Assembly (NCBI GenBank): GCA_002269645.1
Contig: NIVC01000909.1
Coordinates: 304,258 to 368,257, forward strand
From: Macrostomum lignano
Lineage: Eukaryota
DNA: 64,000 bases
Direction: 5' to 3'
Positions 24,746-38,570 of this stretch are shown one piece after another. The notes under the pieces were generated by a model that was not told where the DNA came from, made no database searches, and worked only from the letters and a program-made list of their open reading frames with translations. Each line of letters opens with the position of its first letter. Within the stretch, counting starts at the first letter, position 1. The translations under genes were made by a program, and so were the position numbers.

Positions 24746-27700
24746 TAAGCCAATCGTTTCACAATCCATTCAAAGCCCGGCCTCAGAGACGCCGCCTCGG
24801 CCATGCAACGCGCTACGACGTCCTTGATAACTACCACAGCTGCCGCGGGTTCAGGCAGTTCAAGTCGATCTCCTCGGCGCAGACGGTTGAGAATGTCGCC
24901 AGGAGTGCCGGCGCCATGCCACGGCGTGGGCCGCCCAGCTGGACAGCGGCGACAGCAGTGCAGCTCCCAGACGCAGACGCCGAAACTCCAAACGTCGGTG
25001 GACTCGGTTGAGGCTGTCGCAGGTTGAGGATCGGAGAGCGAGACGGCCAGTTCGAGTAGCTCAGGCGGATACCAGCGGCCAACTTCTAGGGCAGTGTTGT
25101 GTCTGGGCAGATCGAAATCCAATTGGGATTTGAAAGGGTTTCAAAGGGGGTTTGAAAATGACGATCTGGGAAAGTTGAAATCCTCAAATGACGATCTGGG
25201 AAAGTTTAAATCCTCAAATGAGGATCTGGGAAAGTTGAAATCCTCAAATGACGATCTGGGACAGTTTAAATCCTCAAATGAGGATCTGGGAAAGTTGAAA
25301 TCCTCAAATGACGATCTGGGAAAGTTTAAATCCTCAAATGAGGATCTGGGATAGTTTAAATCCTCAAATGAGAATCTGGGAAAGTTGAAATCCTCAAATG
25401 ACGATCTGGGAAAGTTGAAATCCTCAAATGAGGATCTGGGAAAGTTGAAATCCTCAAATGACGATCTGGGAAAGTTTAAATCCTAAAATGAGGATCTGGG
25501 AAAGTTGAAATCCTCAAATGACGATCTGGGAAAGTTTAAATCCTCAAATGAGGATCTGTGATAGTTGAAATCCTCAAATGACGATCTGGGAAAGTTTAAA
25601 TCCTCAAATGAGGATCTGGGATAGTTTAAATCCTCAAATGACGATCTGTGATAGTTTAATAGTTTAAATCCTCAAATGAGGATCTGGGATAGTTTAAATC
25701 CTCAAATGACAATCTGTGATAGTTTAATAGTTTAAATCCTCAAATGAGGATCTGGGATAGTTGAAATCCTCAAATGAGGATCTGTGATAGTTGAAATCCT
25801 CAAATGAGGATCTGTGATAGTTGAAATCCTCAAATGAGGATCTGGGATAGTTGAAATCCTCAAATGAGGATCTGGGATAGTTGAAATCCTCAAATGAGGA
25901 TCTGTGATAGTTGAAATCCTCAAATGAGGATCTGTGATAGTTTAAATCCGCAAACGAGGATCTGGGAGAGTTGAAATCCTCAAATGACGATCTGGGAAAA
26001 TTTAAATCCTCAAATGAGGATCTGGGATAGTTGAAATCCTCAAATGAGGATCTGGGATAGTTTAAATCCTCAAATGACGATCTGTGATAGTTTAATAGTT
26101 TAAATCCTCAAATGAGGATCTGGGATAGTTGAAATCCTCAAATGAGGATCTGGGATAGTTGAAATCCTCAAATGAGGATCTGGGATAGTTGAAATCCTCA
26201 AATGAGGATCTGTGATAGTTGAAATCCTCAAATGAAGATCTGTGATAGTTGAAATCCTCAAATGAGGATCTGGGATAGTTGAAATCTTCAAATGAGGATC
26301 TGGGATATTTGAAATCCTCAAATGAGGATCTGGGATAGTTGAAATCCTCAAATGAGGATCTGGGATAGTTGAAATCTTCAAATGAGGATCTGGGAAAGTT
26401 GAAATCCTCAAATGAGGATCTGGGATAGTTGAAATCCTCAAATGAGGATCTGTGATATTTGAAATCCTCAAATGAGGATCTGGGATAGTTGAAATCCTCA
26501 AATGAGGATCTGGGATAGTTGAAATCCTTAAATGAGGATCTGTGATATTTGAAATCCTCAAATGAGGATCTGGGATATTTGAAATCTTCAAATGAGGATC
26601 TGGGATAGTTTAAATCCTCAAATGAGGATCTGGGATAGTTGAAATCCTCAAACGAGGATCTGGGATAGTTGAAATCCTCAAATGAGGATCTGTGATAGTT
26701 GAAATCCTCAAATGAGGATCTGGGATAGTTGAAATCCTCAAATGAGGATCTGGGATAGTTGAAATCCTCAAACGAGGATCTGGGATAGTTGAAATCCTCA
26801 AATGAGGATCTGTGATAGTTGAAATCCTCAAATGAGGATCTGGGATAGTTGAAATCTTCAAATGAGGATCTGGGAAAGTTGAAATCCTCAAATGAGGATC
26901 TGGGATAGTTGAAATCCTCAAATGAGGATCTGGGATATTTGAAATCTTCAAATGAGGATCTGGGATAGTTTAAATCCTCAAATGAGGATCTGGGATAGTT
27001 GAACTCCTCAAATGAGGATCTGTGATGTTTGAAATCCTCAAATGAGGATCTGGGATAGTTGAAATCCTCAAATGAGGATCTGGGATAGTTGAAATCCTTA
27101 AATGAGGATCTGTGATATTTGAAATCCTCAAACGAGGATCTGGGATATTTTAAATCGTTAAATGAGGATCTGGGATAGTTGAAATCCTCAAATGACGATC
27201 TGGGAAAGTTTAAATCCTCAAATGAGGATCTGGGATAGTTTAAATCCTCAAATGACGATCTGTGATAGTTTAATAGTTTAAATCCTCAAATGAGGATCTG
27301 GGATAGTTTAAATCCTCAAATGACGATCTGTGATAGTTTAATAGTTTAAATCCTCAAATGAGGATCTGGGATAGTTGAAATCTTCAAATGAGGATCTGGG
27401 ATAGTTTAAATCCTCAAATGAGGATCTGGGATAGTTGAAATCCTCAAACGAGGATCTGGGATAGTTGAAATCCTCAAATGAGGATCTGTGATAGTTGAAA
27501 TCCTCAAATGAGGATCTGGGATAGTTGAAATCCTCAAATGAGGATCTGGGATAGTTGAAATCCTCAAACGAGGATCTGGGATAGTTGAAATCCTCAAATG
27601 AGGATCTGTGATAGTTTAAATCCTTAAATGAGGATCTGGGATAGTTGAAATCCTCAAATGAGGATCTGGGATAGTTTAAATCCTCAAATGACGATCTGTG

Positions 27701-30700
27701 ATAGTTTAATAGTTTAAATCCTCAAATGAGGATCTGGGATAGTTGAAATCCTCAAATGAGGATCTGGGATAGTTGAAATCCTCAAATGAGGATCTGGGAT
27801 AGTTGAAATCCTCAAATGAGGATCTGTGATAGTTGAAATCCTCAAATGAGGATCTGGATAGTTGAAATCCTCAAATGAGGATCTGGGATAGTTGAAATCC
27901 TCAAATGAGGATCTGGGATATTTGAAATCCTCAAATGAGGATCTGGGATAGTTGAAATCCTCAAATGAGGATCTGGGATAGTTGAAATCCTCAAATGAGG
28001 ATCTGGGATAGTTGAAATCCTCAAATGAGGATCTGGGATAGTTGAAATCCTCAAATGAGGATCTGTGATAGTTGAAATCCTCAAATGAGGATCTGGATAG
28101 TTGAAATCCTCAAATGAGGATCTGGGATAGTTGAAATCCTCAAATGAGGATCTGGGATAGTTGAAATCCTCAAATGAGGATCTGGGATAGTTGAATCCTC
28201 AAATGAGGATCTGGGATATTTGAAATCCTCAAATGAGGATCTGGGATATTTGAAATCCTCAAATGAGGATCTGGGATAGTTGAAATCCTCAAATGAGGAT
28301 CTGGGATAGTTGAAATCCTCAAATGAGGATCTGGGATAGTTAAATCCTCAAATGAGGATCTGGATAGTTGAAATCCTCAAATGAGGATCTGGATAGTTGA
28401 AATCCTCAAATGAGGATCTGTGATAGTTGAAATCCTCAAATGAGGATCTGTGATAGTTGAAATCCTCAAATGAGGATCTGTGATATTTGAAATCTTCAAA
28501 TGAGGATCTGGGATATTTGAAATCCTCAAATGAGGATCTGGGATAGTTGAAATTCTCAAACGAGGATCTGGGATAGTTGAAATCCTCAAATGAGGATCTG
28601 GGATAGTTGAAATCCTCAAATGAGGATCTGGGATATTTGAAATCCTCAAATGAGGATCTGGGATAGTTGAAATCCTCAAATGAGGATCTGGGATAGTTGA
28701 AATCCTCAAATGAGGATCTGGGATAGTTGAAATCCTCAAATGAGGATCTGGGATAGTTGAAATCCTCAAATGAGGATCTGGGATAGTTGAAATCCTCAAA
28801 TGAGGATCTGGGATAGTTGAAATCCTCAAATGAGGATCTGGGATAGTTGAAATCCTCAAATGAGGATCTGGGATAGTTGAAATCCTCAAATGAGGATCTG
28901 GGATAGTTGAAATCCTCAAATGAGGATCTGGGATAGTTGAAATCTCAAATGAGGATCTGGGATAGTTGAAATCCTCAAATGAGGATCTGGGATAGTTGAA
29001 ATCCTCAAATGAGGATCTGGGATATTTGAAATCCTCAAATGAGGATCTGGGATAGTTGAAATCCTCAAATGAGGATCTGTGATAGTTGAAATCCTCAAAT
29101 GAGGATCTGGATAGTTTGAAATCCTCAAATGAGGATCTGGGATAGTTGAAATCCTCAAATGAGGATCTGGGATAGTTGAAATCCTCAAATGAGGATCTGG
29201 ATATTTGAAATCCTCAAATGAGGATCTGGGATATTTAAATCCTCAAATGAGGATCTGGGATAGTTTAAATCCTCAAATGAGGATCTGGGATAGTTGAAAT
29301 CCTCAAATGAGGATCTGGATAGTTGAAATCCTCAAATGAGGATCTGGATAGTTGAAATCCTCAAATGAGGATCTGGGATAGTTGAAATCCTCAAATGAGG
29401 ATCTGGGATAGTTGAAATCCTCAAATGAGGATCTGGGATAGTTGAAATCCTCAAATGAGGATCTGTGATAGTTTGAAATCCTCAAATGAGGATCTGTGAT
29501 ATTTGAAATCCTCAAATGAGGATCTGGATAGTTGAAATCCTCAAATGAGGATCTGGGATAGTTGAAATCCTCAAATGAGGATCTGGGATAGTTGAAATCC
29601 TCAAATGAGGATCTGGATAGTTGAAATCCTCAAATGAGGATCTGTGATATTTGAAATCCTCAAATGAGGATCTGGGATATTTGAAATCCTCAAATGAGGA
29701 TCTGGGATAGTTGAAATCCTCAAATGAGGATCTGGGATAGTTGAATCCTCAAATGAGGATCTGGGATATTTGAAATCCTCAAATGAGGATCTGGGATAGT
29801 TGAAATCCTCAAATGAGGATCTGGGATAGTTGAAATCCTCAAATGAGGATCTGGGATAGTTGAAATCCTCAAATGAGGATCTGGGATAGTTGAAATCCTC
29901 AAATGAGGATCTGGGATAGTTGAAATCCTCAAATGAGGATCTGGGATAGTTGAAATCCTCAAATGAGGATCTGGGATAGTTGAAATCCTCAAATGAGGAT
30001 CTGTGATAGTTGAAATCCTCAAATGAGGATCTGGATATTTGAAATCCTCAAATGAGGATCTGGGATAGTTGAAATCCTCAAATGAGGATCTGGGATAGTT
30101 GAAATCCTCAAATGAGGATCTGGGATAGTTGAAATCCTCAAATGAGGATCTGGGATATTTGAAATCCTCAAATGAGGATCTGGGATAGTTTGAAATCCTC
30201 AAATGAGGATCTGGATATTTGAAATCCTCAAATGAGGATCTGGGATATTTGAAATCCTCAAATGAGGATCTGGGATAGTTGAAATCCTCAAATGAGGATC
30301 TGGGATAGTTGAAATCCTCAAATGAGGATCTGGGATAGTTGAAATCCTCAAATGAGGATCTGGGATATTTGAAATCCTCAAATGAGGATCTGGGATAGTT
30401 GAAATCCTCAAATGAGGATCTGGGATAGTTGAAATCCTCAAATGAGGATCTGGGATAGTTGAAATCCTCAAATGAGGATCTGGGATAGTTGAAATCCTCA
30501 AATGAGGATCTGGGATAGTTGAAATCCTCAAATGAGGATCTGGGATATTTGAAATCCTCAAATGAGGATCTGGGATAGTTTGAAATCCTCAAATGAGGAT
30601 CTGGGATAGTTGAAATCCTCAAATGAGGATCTGTGATAGTTTGAAATCCTCAAATGAGGATCTGGGATAGTTGAAATCCTCAAATGAGGATCTGGGATAG

Positions 30701-33700
30701 TTGAAATCCTCAAATGAGGATCTGGGATATTTGAAATCCTCAAATGAGGATCTGGGATATTTGAAATCCTCAAATGAGGATCTGGGATAGTTTAAATCCT
30801 CAAATGAGGATCTGGGATAGTTGAAATCCTCAAATGAGGATCTGGGATAGTTGAAATCCTCAAATGAGGATCTGGATAGTTGAAATCCTCAAATGAGGAT
30901 CTGGGATAGTTGAAATCCTCAAATGAGGATCTGGGATAGTTGAAATCCTCAAATGAGGATCTGGGATAGTTGAAATCCTCAAATGAGGATCTGGATAGTT
31001 GAAATCCTCAAATGAGGATCTGTGATATTTGAAATCCTCAAATGAGGATCTGGGATAGTTTAAATCCTCAAATGAGGATCTGGGATATTTGAAATCTTCA
31101 AATGAGGATCTGGGATAGTTGAAATCCTCAAATGAGGATCTGGGATATTTGAAATCCTCAAATGAGGATCTGGGATAGTTGAAATCCTCAAATGAGGATC
31201 TGGGATATTTGAAATCCTCAAATGAGGATCTGGGATATTTGAAATCCTCAAATGAGGATCTGGGATAGTTGAAATCCTCAAATGAGGATCTGGGATATTT
31301 GAAATCCTCAAATGAGGATCTGGGATATTTGAAATCCTCAAATGAGGATCTGGGATAGTTTGAAATCCTCAAATGAGGATCTGGGATAGTTGAAATCCTC
31401 AAATGAGGATCTGGGATAGTTGAAATCCTCAAATGAGGATCTGGGATATTTGAAATCCTCAAATGAGGATCTGGGATAGTTGAAATCCTCAAATGAGGAT
31501 CTGGGATAGTTGAAATCCTCAAATGAGGATCTGGGATAGTTGAAATCCTCAAATGAGGATCTGGGATAGTTGAAATCCTCAAATGAGGATCTGGGATAGT
31601 TGAAATCCTCAAATGAGGATCTGGGATAGTTGAAATCCTCAAATGAGGATCTGGGATAGTTGAAATCCTCAAATGAGGATCTGGGATATTTGAAATCCTC
31701 AAATGAGGATCTGGGATAGTTGAAATCCTCAAATGAGGATCTGGGATAGTTGAAATCCTCAAATGAGGATCTGGGATAGTTGAAATCCTCAAATGAGGAT
31801 CTGGGATATTTGAAATCCTCAAATGAGGATCTGGGATAGTTGAAATCCTCAAATGAGGATCTGGGATAGTTGAAATCCTCAAATGAGGATCTGGGATAGT
31901 TGAAATCCTCAAATGAGGATCTGGGATAGTTGAAATCCTCAAATGAGGATCTGGGATATTTGAAATCCTCAAATGAGGATCTGGGATATTTGAAATCCTC
32001 AAATGAGGATCTGGGATAGTTGAAATCCTCAAATGAGGATCTGGGATAGTTGAAATCCTCAAATGAGGATCTGGGATAGTTGAAATCCTCAAATGAGGAT
32101 CTGGGATAGTTGAAATCCTCAAATGAGGATCTGGGATAGTTTAAATCCTCAAATGAGGATCTGGGATAGTTGAAATCCTCAAATGAGGATCTGGGATATT
32201 TGAAATCCTCAAATGAGGATCTGGGATAGTTGAAATCCTCAAATGAGGATCTGGGATAGTTGAAATCCTCAAATGAGGATCTGGGATAGTTGAAATCCTC
32301 AAATGAGGATCTGGGATAGTTGAAATCTCAAATGAGGATCTGGGATAGTTGAAATCTCAAATGAGGATCTGGGATAGTTGAAATCCTCAAATGAGGATCT
32401 GGGATATTTGAAATCCTCAAATGAGGATCTGGGATAGTTGAAATCCTCAAATGAGGATCTGGGATAGTTGAAATCCTCAAATGAGGATCTGGATAGTTGA
32501 AATCCTCAAATGAGGATCTGGGATAGTTGAAATCCTCAAATGAGGATCTGGGATAGTTTAAATCCTCAAATGAGGATCTGGGATAGTTGAAATCCTCAAA
32601 TGAGGATCTGGGATATTTGAAATCCTCAAATGAGGATCTGGGATAGTTGAATCCTCAAATGAGGATCTGGGATAGTTGAAATCCTCAAATGAGGATCTGG
32701 ATATTTGAAATCCTCAAATGAGGATCTGGGATAGTTGAAATCCTCAAATGAGGATCTGGGATATTTGAAATCCTCAAATGAGGATCTGGGATAGTTGAAA
32801 TCCTCAAATGAGGATCTGGGATAGTTTAAATCCTCAAATGAGGATCTGGGATAGTTTAAATCCTCAAATGAGGATCTGGGATAGTTGAAATCCTCAAATG
32901 AGGATCTGTGATAGTTGAAATCCTCAAATGAGGATCTGTGATAGTTTTAGAAATCCTCAAATGAGGATCTGGGATAGTTTAAATCCTCAAATGAGGATCT
33001 GGGATAGTTGAAATCCTCAAATGAGGATCTGGGATAGTTGAAATCCTCAAATGAGGATCTGGATAGTTGAAATCCTCAAATGAGGATCTGTGATAGTTGA
33101 AATCCTCAAATGAGGATCTGGGATAGTTGAAATCTTCAAATGAGGATCTGGGATATTTGAAATCCTCAAATGAGGATCTGGGATAGTTGAAATCCTCAAA
33201 TGAGGATCTGGGATAGTTGAAATCTTCAAATGAGGATCTGGGAAAGTTGAAATCCTCAAATGAGGATCTGGGATAGTTGAAATCCTCAAATGAGGATCTG
33301 GGATATTTGAAATCTTCAAATGAGGATCTGGGATAGTTTAAATCCTCAAATGAGGATCTGGGATAGTTGAAATCCTCAAATGAGGATCTGGGATATTTGA
33401 AATCTTCAAATGAGGATCTGGGATAGTTTAAATCCTCAAATGAGGATCTGTGATAGTTGAAATCCTCAAATGAGGATCTGTGATATTTGAAATCCTCAAA
33501 TGAGGATCTGGGATAGTTGAAATCCTCAAATGAGGATCTGGGATAGTTGAAATCCTCAAATGAGGATCTGTGATATTTGAAATCCTCAAATGAGGATCTG
33601 GGATATTTGAAATCCTCAAATGAGGATCTGGGATAGTTGAAATCCTCAAATGAGGATCTGGGATAGTTGAAATCCTCAAATGAGGATCTGGGATATTTGA

Positions 33701-36700
33701 AATCCTCAAATGAGGATCTAGGAAAGTTGAAATCCTCAAATGAGGATCTGGGATAGTTGAAATCCTCAAATGAGGATCTGGGATAGTTGAAATCCTCAAA
33801 TGAGGATCTGGGATATTTGAAATCCTCAAATGAGGATCTGGGATAGTTGAAATCCTCAAATGAGGATCTGGGATAGTTGAAATCCTCAAATGAGGATCTG
33901 TGATATTTGAAATCCTCAAATGAGGATCTGGGATAGTTGAAATCCTCAAATGAGGATCTGGGATATTTGAAATCCTCAAATGAGGATCTGGGATAGTTGA
34001 ATCTCAAATGAGGATCTGGGATAGTTGAAATCCTCAAATGAGGATCTGGGATAGTTGAAATCCTCAAATGAGGATCTGGGATATTTGAAATCCTCAAATG
34101 AGGATCTGGGATAGTTGAAATCCTAAATGAGGATCTGTGATATTTGAAATCCTCAAATGAGGATCTGGGATAGTTGAAATCCTCAAATGAGGATCTGGGA
34201 TAGTTGAAATCCTCAAATGAGGATCTGGGATATTTGAAATCCTCAAACGAGGATCTGGGATAGTTGAAATCCTCAAATGAGGATCTGGGATAGTTTAAAT
34301 CCTCAAATGAGGATCTGGGATAGTTTAAATCCTCAAATGAGGATCTGGGATATTTGAAATCCTCAAATGAGGATCTGGGATAGTTGAACTCCTCAAATGA
34401 GGATCTGGGATAGTTGAAATCCTCAAATGAGGATCTGTGATATTTGAAATCCTCAAATGAGGATCTGGGATATTTGAAATCCTCAAATGAGGATCTGGGA
34501 TAGTTGAAATCCTCAAATGAGGATCTGGGATAGTTGAAATCCTCAAATGAGGATCTGGGATATTTGAAATCCTCAAATGAGGATCTAGGAAAGTTGAAAT
34601 CCTCAAATGAGGATCTGGGATAGTTGAAATCCTCAAATGAGGATCTGGGATAGTTGAAATCCTCAAATGAGGATCTGGGATATTTGAAATCCTCAAATGA
34701 GGATCTGGGATAGTTGAACTCCTCAAATGAGGATCTGGGATAGTTGAAATCCTCAAATGAGGATCTGTGATATTTGAAATCCTCAAATGAGGATCTGGGA
34801 TAGTTGAAATCCTCAAATGAGGATCTGGGATATTTGAAATCCTCAAATGAGGATCTGGGATAGTTGAACTCTTCAAATGAGGATCTGGGATAGTTGAAAT
34901 CCTCAAATGAGGATCTGGGATAGTTGAAATCCTCAAATGAGGATCTGGGATATTTGAAATCCTCAAATGAGGATCTGGGATAGTTGAAATCCTTAAATGA
35001 GGATCTGTGATATTTGAAATCCTCAAATGAGGATCTGGGATAGTTGAAATCCTCAAATGAGGATCTGGGATAGTTGAAATCCTCAAATGAGGATCTGGGA
35101 TATTTGAAATCCTCAAACGAGGATCTGGGATAGTTGAAATCCTCAAATGAGGATCTGGGATAGTTTAAATCCTCAAATGAGGATCTGGGATAGTTTAAAT
35201 CCTCAAATGAGGATCTGGGATATTTGAAATCCTCAAATGAGGATCTGGGATAGTTGAACTCCTCAAATGAGGATCTGGGATAGTTGAAATCCTCAAATGA
35301 GGATCTGTGATATTTGAAATCCTCAAATGAGGATCTGGGATAGTTGAAATCCTCAAATGAGGATCTGGGATAGTTGAAATCCTCAAATGAGGATCTGGGA
35401 TAGTTGAAATCCTCAAATGAGGATCTGGGATAGTTGAAATCCTCAAATGAGGATCTGGGATAGTTGAAATCCTCAAATGAGGATCTGGGATAGTTGAACT
35501 CCTCAAATGAGGATCTGGGATATTTGAAATCCTCAAATGAGGATCTGGGATAGTTGAAATCCTCAAATGAGGATCTGGGATAGTTGAAATCCTCAAATGA
35601 GGATCTGGGATAGTTGAAATCCTCAAATGAGGGTCTGGGATAGTTGAACTCCTCAAATGAGGATCTGGGATAGTTTAAATCCTCAAATGAGGATCTGGGA
35701 TAGTTGAAATCCTCAAATGAGGATCTGTGATAGTTGAAATCCTCAAATGAGGATCTGGGATAGTTGAACTCCTCAAATGAGGGTCTGGGATGTTTGAAAT
35801 CTTTAAGTTAGGATCTGAAACAATGAAAAAACTCAAATCAGAAACCTGGGAAGAATCTATTCACTCACTTATCAAATCCAGTAGTCATCAAATCAGTCAA
35901 TCCAAAGTCGGACACTTTAGCGACCAGTTTGTCAGCGCCGGAGTCGCTCCCAGTACCGACAGTCAATAAAATATTCCTCGCACTCAGTCGACCATGCCGA
36001 CAGCCTTTGGAGGCCAGATAGGCCATGCCTTGAGCAGCTTGAGCACACCAGCGTCTCAAATCTAGCGGCCTAGATTCTGGCGACTGTCTGATTGCATAGT
36101 CTATGGCCGAACCCGCGGAGCAGAGCTCATTGAGTATCATGAGTTTATTATTAGCCGATTCAAGACAGATGCCAACAAAGCCAACTAGACTCTTGTGTGA
36201 CAACTGAGACAGTTTCACATCGGCTAGAGATTTTAGCGCTTTCGATGAGTCGTTAAATGAACGGACATTGGGCGTTAGAACTTTAATGGCAACATTTGCT
36301 GTTGAATTTGATGCCCTACTGCTGCTATTACTAGTAGTAGTAGTTGAAGATAACAAACGACCGTTGAACATATCAATTTCCGCTGCTGTGTTGCCACTAA
36401 TTCTTGACAATAGCAGCACTTGGCTTAGTGGGATTAATCCCAGCTGCTGGTGGTGAGAGCTTGGCCGAACTGAACTTGGCGGAATGGGGCGCTGAAGCCG
36501 GCAGGGAATTCCGTCAGGGATGCGAGTCAAATAGTCGATTAGGTGACCTGCGGTTGACGCGATGAGAGGGGCCATTTGTTTGGATTGTTTTGAAGGCCGA
36601 TTCTGCAAGGGCGATTCTGCAGGAGCGATTCTGCAGGGGCGATTCTGCAGGGGCGATTCTACAGGGGCGATTCTGCAGGGGCGATTCTGAAGGGGCGATT

Positions 36701-37584
36701 CTGAAGGGGTGATTCTGAAGGGCGATTTTGCAGGGGCGATTCTGAAGGGGTGATTCTGAAGGGCGATTCTGCAGGGGCGATTCTGAAGGGGCGATTCTGC
36801 AGGGGCGATTCTGAAGGGGCGATTCTGCAGGGGCGATTCTGAAGGGCGATTCTACAGGGGCGATTCTGAAGGGCGATTCTACAGGGGCGATTCTGAAGGG
36901 CGATTCTACAGGGGCGATTCTGAAGGGGCGATTCTGCAGGGGCGATTCTGCAGGGGCGATTCTTAAGTGGGGCGATTCTTAATTGGGGCGATTCTTAAGT
37001 GGAGCGATTCTTAAGTGGGGCGATTCTGCAGGGCTTATTTTGAAAGGCGATTTTTAAATAGGGCGATAATATTGAGAGCGAAGCACCGACTCTTATGCCA
37101 ATGAGCTTGCAGACTTTCTCACCCAGACTCGGATGCCTTGGCCCGCCGCCAATGTACCAAGCGTCCCGTTTTCTTCGCAATCTTCGACCAGTAGGCAAAC
37201 CGACAGTTGCAGCAGCAGTAGTAGACACCGGATAGGCGCCAGCATCGCAGTCTATCGCGTATTTATACACTGAACCGGAGCTGGCTAAGCAGAGTACAAA
37301 TCGTTTCTGATGCCTGGACATTAGATTTGTAGGCAAGCTTCGATGGCTAGCGGCAATCGTGCCTGAAGAGGCGCCGCTATCGTCGAAATCATCGGCCGCG
37401 CTGGTTGTGGAGGTCGACAAGCGAACTAGAAAGTCACCGTCTAGCGGCGGGTTGCTCAGCGACCTCATGGCCGCGTCAGTGTCCGCACGGCTGAGGCTGG
37501 GGTGGTACCACACTGCGGTGGACAGCTGGCGCTGCAGGTGCGACTGAGGACAGTGAGGAGGTTTTGGGGGGATTGGAGTTTTAT

Positions 37585-37652
<68 letters not shown>

Positions 37653-38520
37653 GGCAGACAGAGGCAGACAGACAGACAGGCAGACAGACAGACAGACAGA
37701 CAGACAGGCAGACAGACAGACAGGCAGACAGGCAGACAGACAGACAGGCAGACAGGCAGACAGACAGACAGGCAGACAGACAGACAGGCAGACAGGCAGA
37801 CAGGCAGACAGGCAGGCAGACAGACAGGCAGACAGGCAGACAGGCAGGCAGACAGACAGGCAGACAGGCAGACAGGCAGACAGACAGACAGACAGACAGA
37901 CAGGCAGACAGGCAGACAGGCAGGCAGACAGACAGGCAGACAGACAGCTCACCTCCGAGTCGCCATCCTCCAGCCCGTCCTCCAGCTCCTCCGCTGGCCA
38001 ATCAGCCAGATAGTCTGCCAGCTCAGCGAAGCCGAATCTCAGCGCCAATTCGTAGGGCATCTCCTCGTCGGCGTTCAAAGGATGCGCGGCAGCTCCGTGG
38101 CGAAGCAGAGCACTGGCGCAATTCGAGTGGCCCAGAATGGCGGCCTCGTGAAGGGGACTGTTGCCGGATAGGGGGCAGCGGATCTGCGCGGCGATGGGGA
38201 CGATAATTGGGGGAGGGGTTAATTCGCCTAATATTTCTTATCCTTTTCCCATTCTGACTTTACCTTGCCCTCTCTGACTCTCACATTCTTTCCCTGGCTC
38301 TAGCTCTCATCCCGAACTCTCATTCCTGATTCTCTTATCTGACTCTCTCTGTGTCTCATCCCTGATTGATTCTCTCATCTGACTCTCTCTGAGTCTCATC
38401 CCTGATTGATTCTCTCATCTGACTCTCTCTGTGTTTCATCCCTGATTGATTCTCTCATTTGACTCTCTCTGAGTCTCATCCCTGATTCTCTCATCTGACT
38501 CTCTCTGAGTCTCATCCCTG

Positions 38521-38570
<50 letters not shown>

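Noticed and set aside
11311-24748. Long low-complexity ORFs ([37 protein letters not shown])
   Set aside because: All coincide with minisatellites; so do the QTDR, CLSV, GAEATG and TQIPNNSD ORFs further on.
25094-35656. Dozens of [10 protein letters not shown] / YPRSSFEDF ORFs as a repetitive structural protein
   Set aside because: These are products of a stop-free 30-bp unit; frames switch at single-base indels and the region lies inside a phase-consistent intron.
25150-35815. CRISPR-like array (30-bp palindromic repeat)
   Set aside because: Units are head-to-tail with no unique spacers, there are no cas genes, and the context is a eukaryotic intron.
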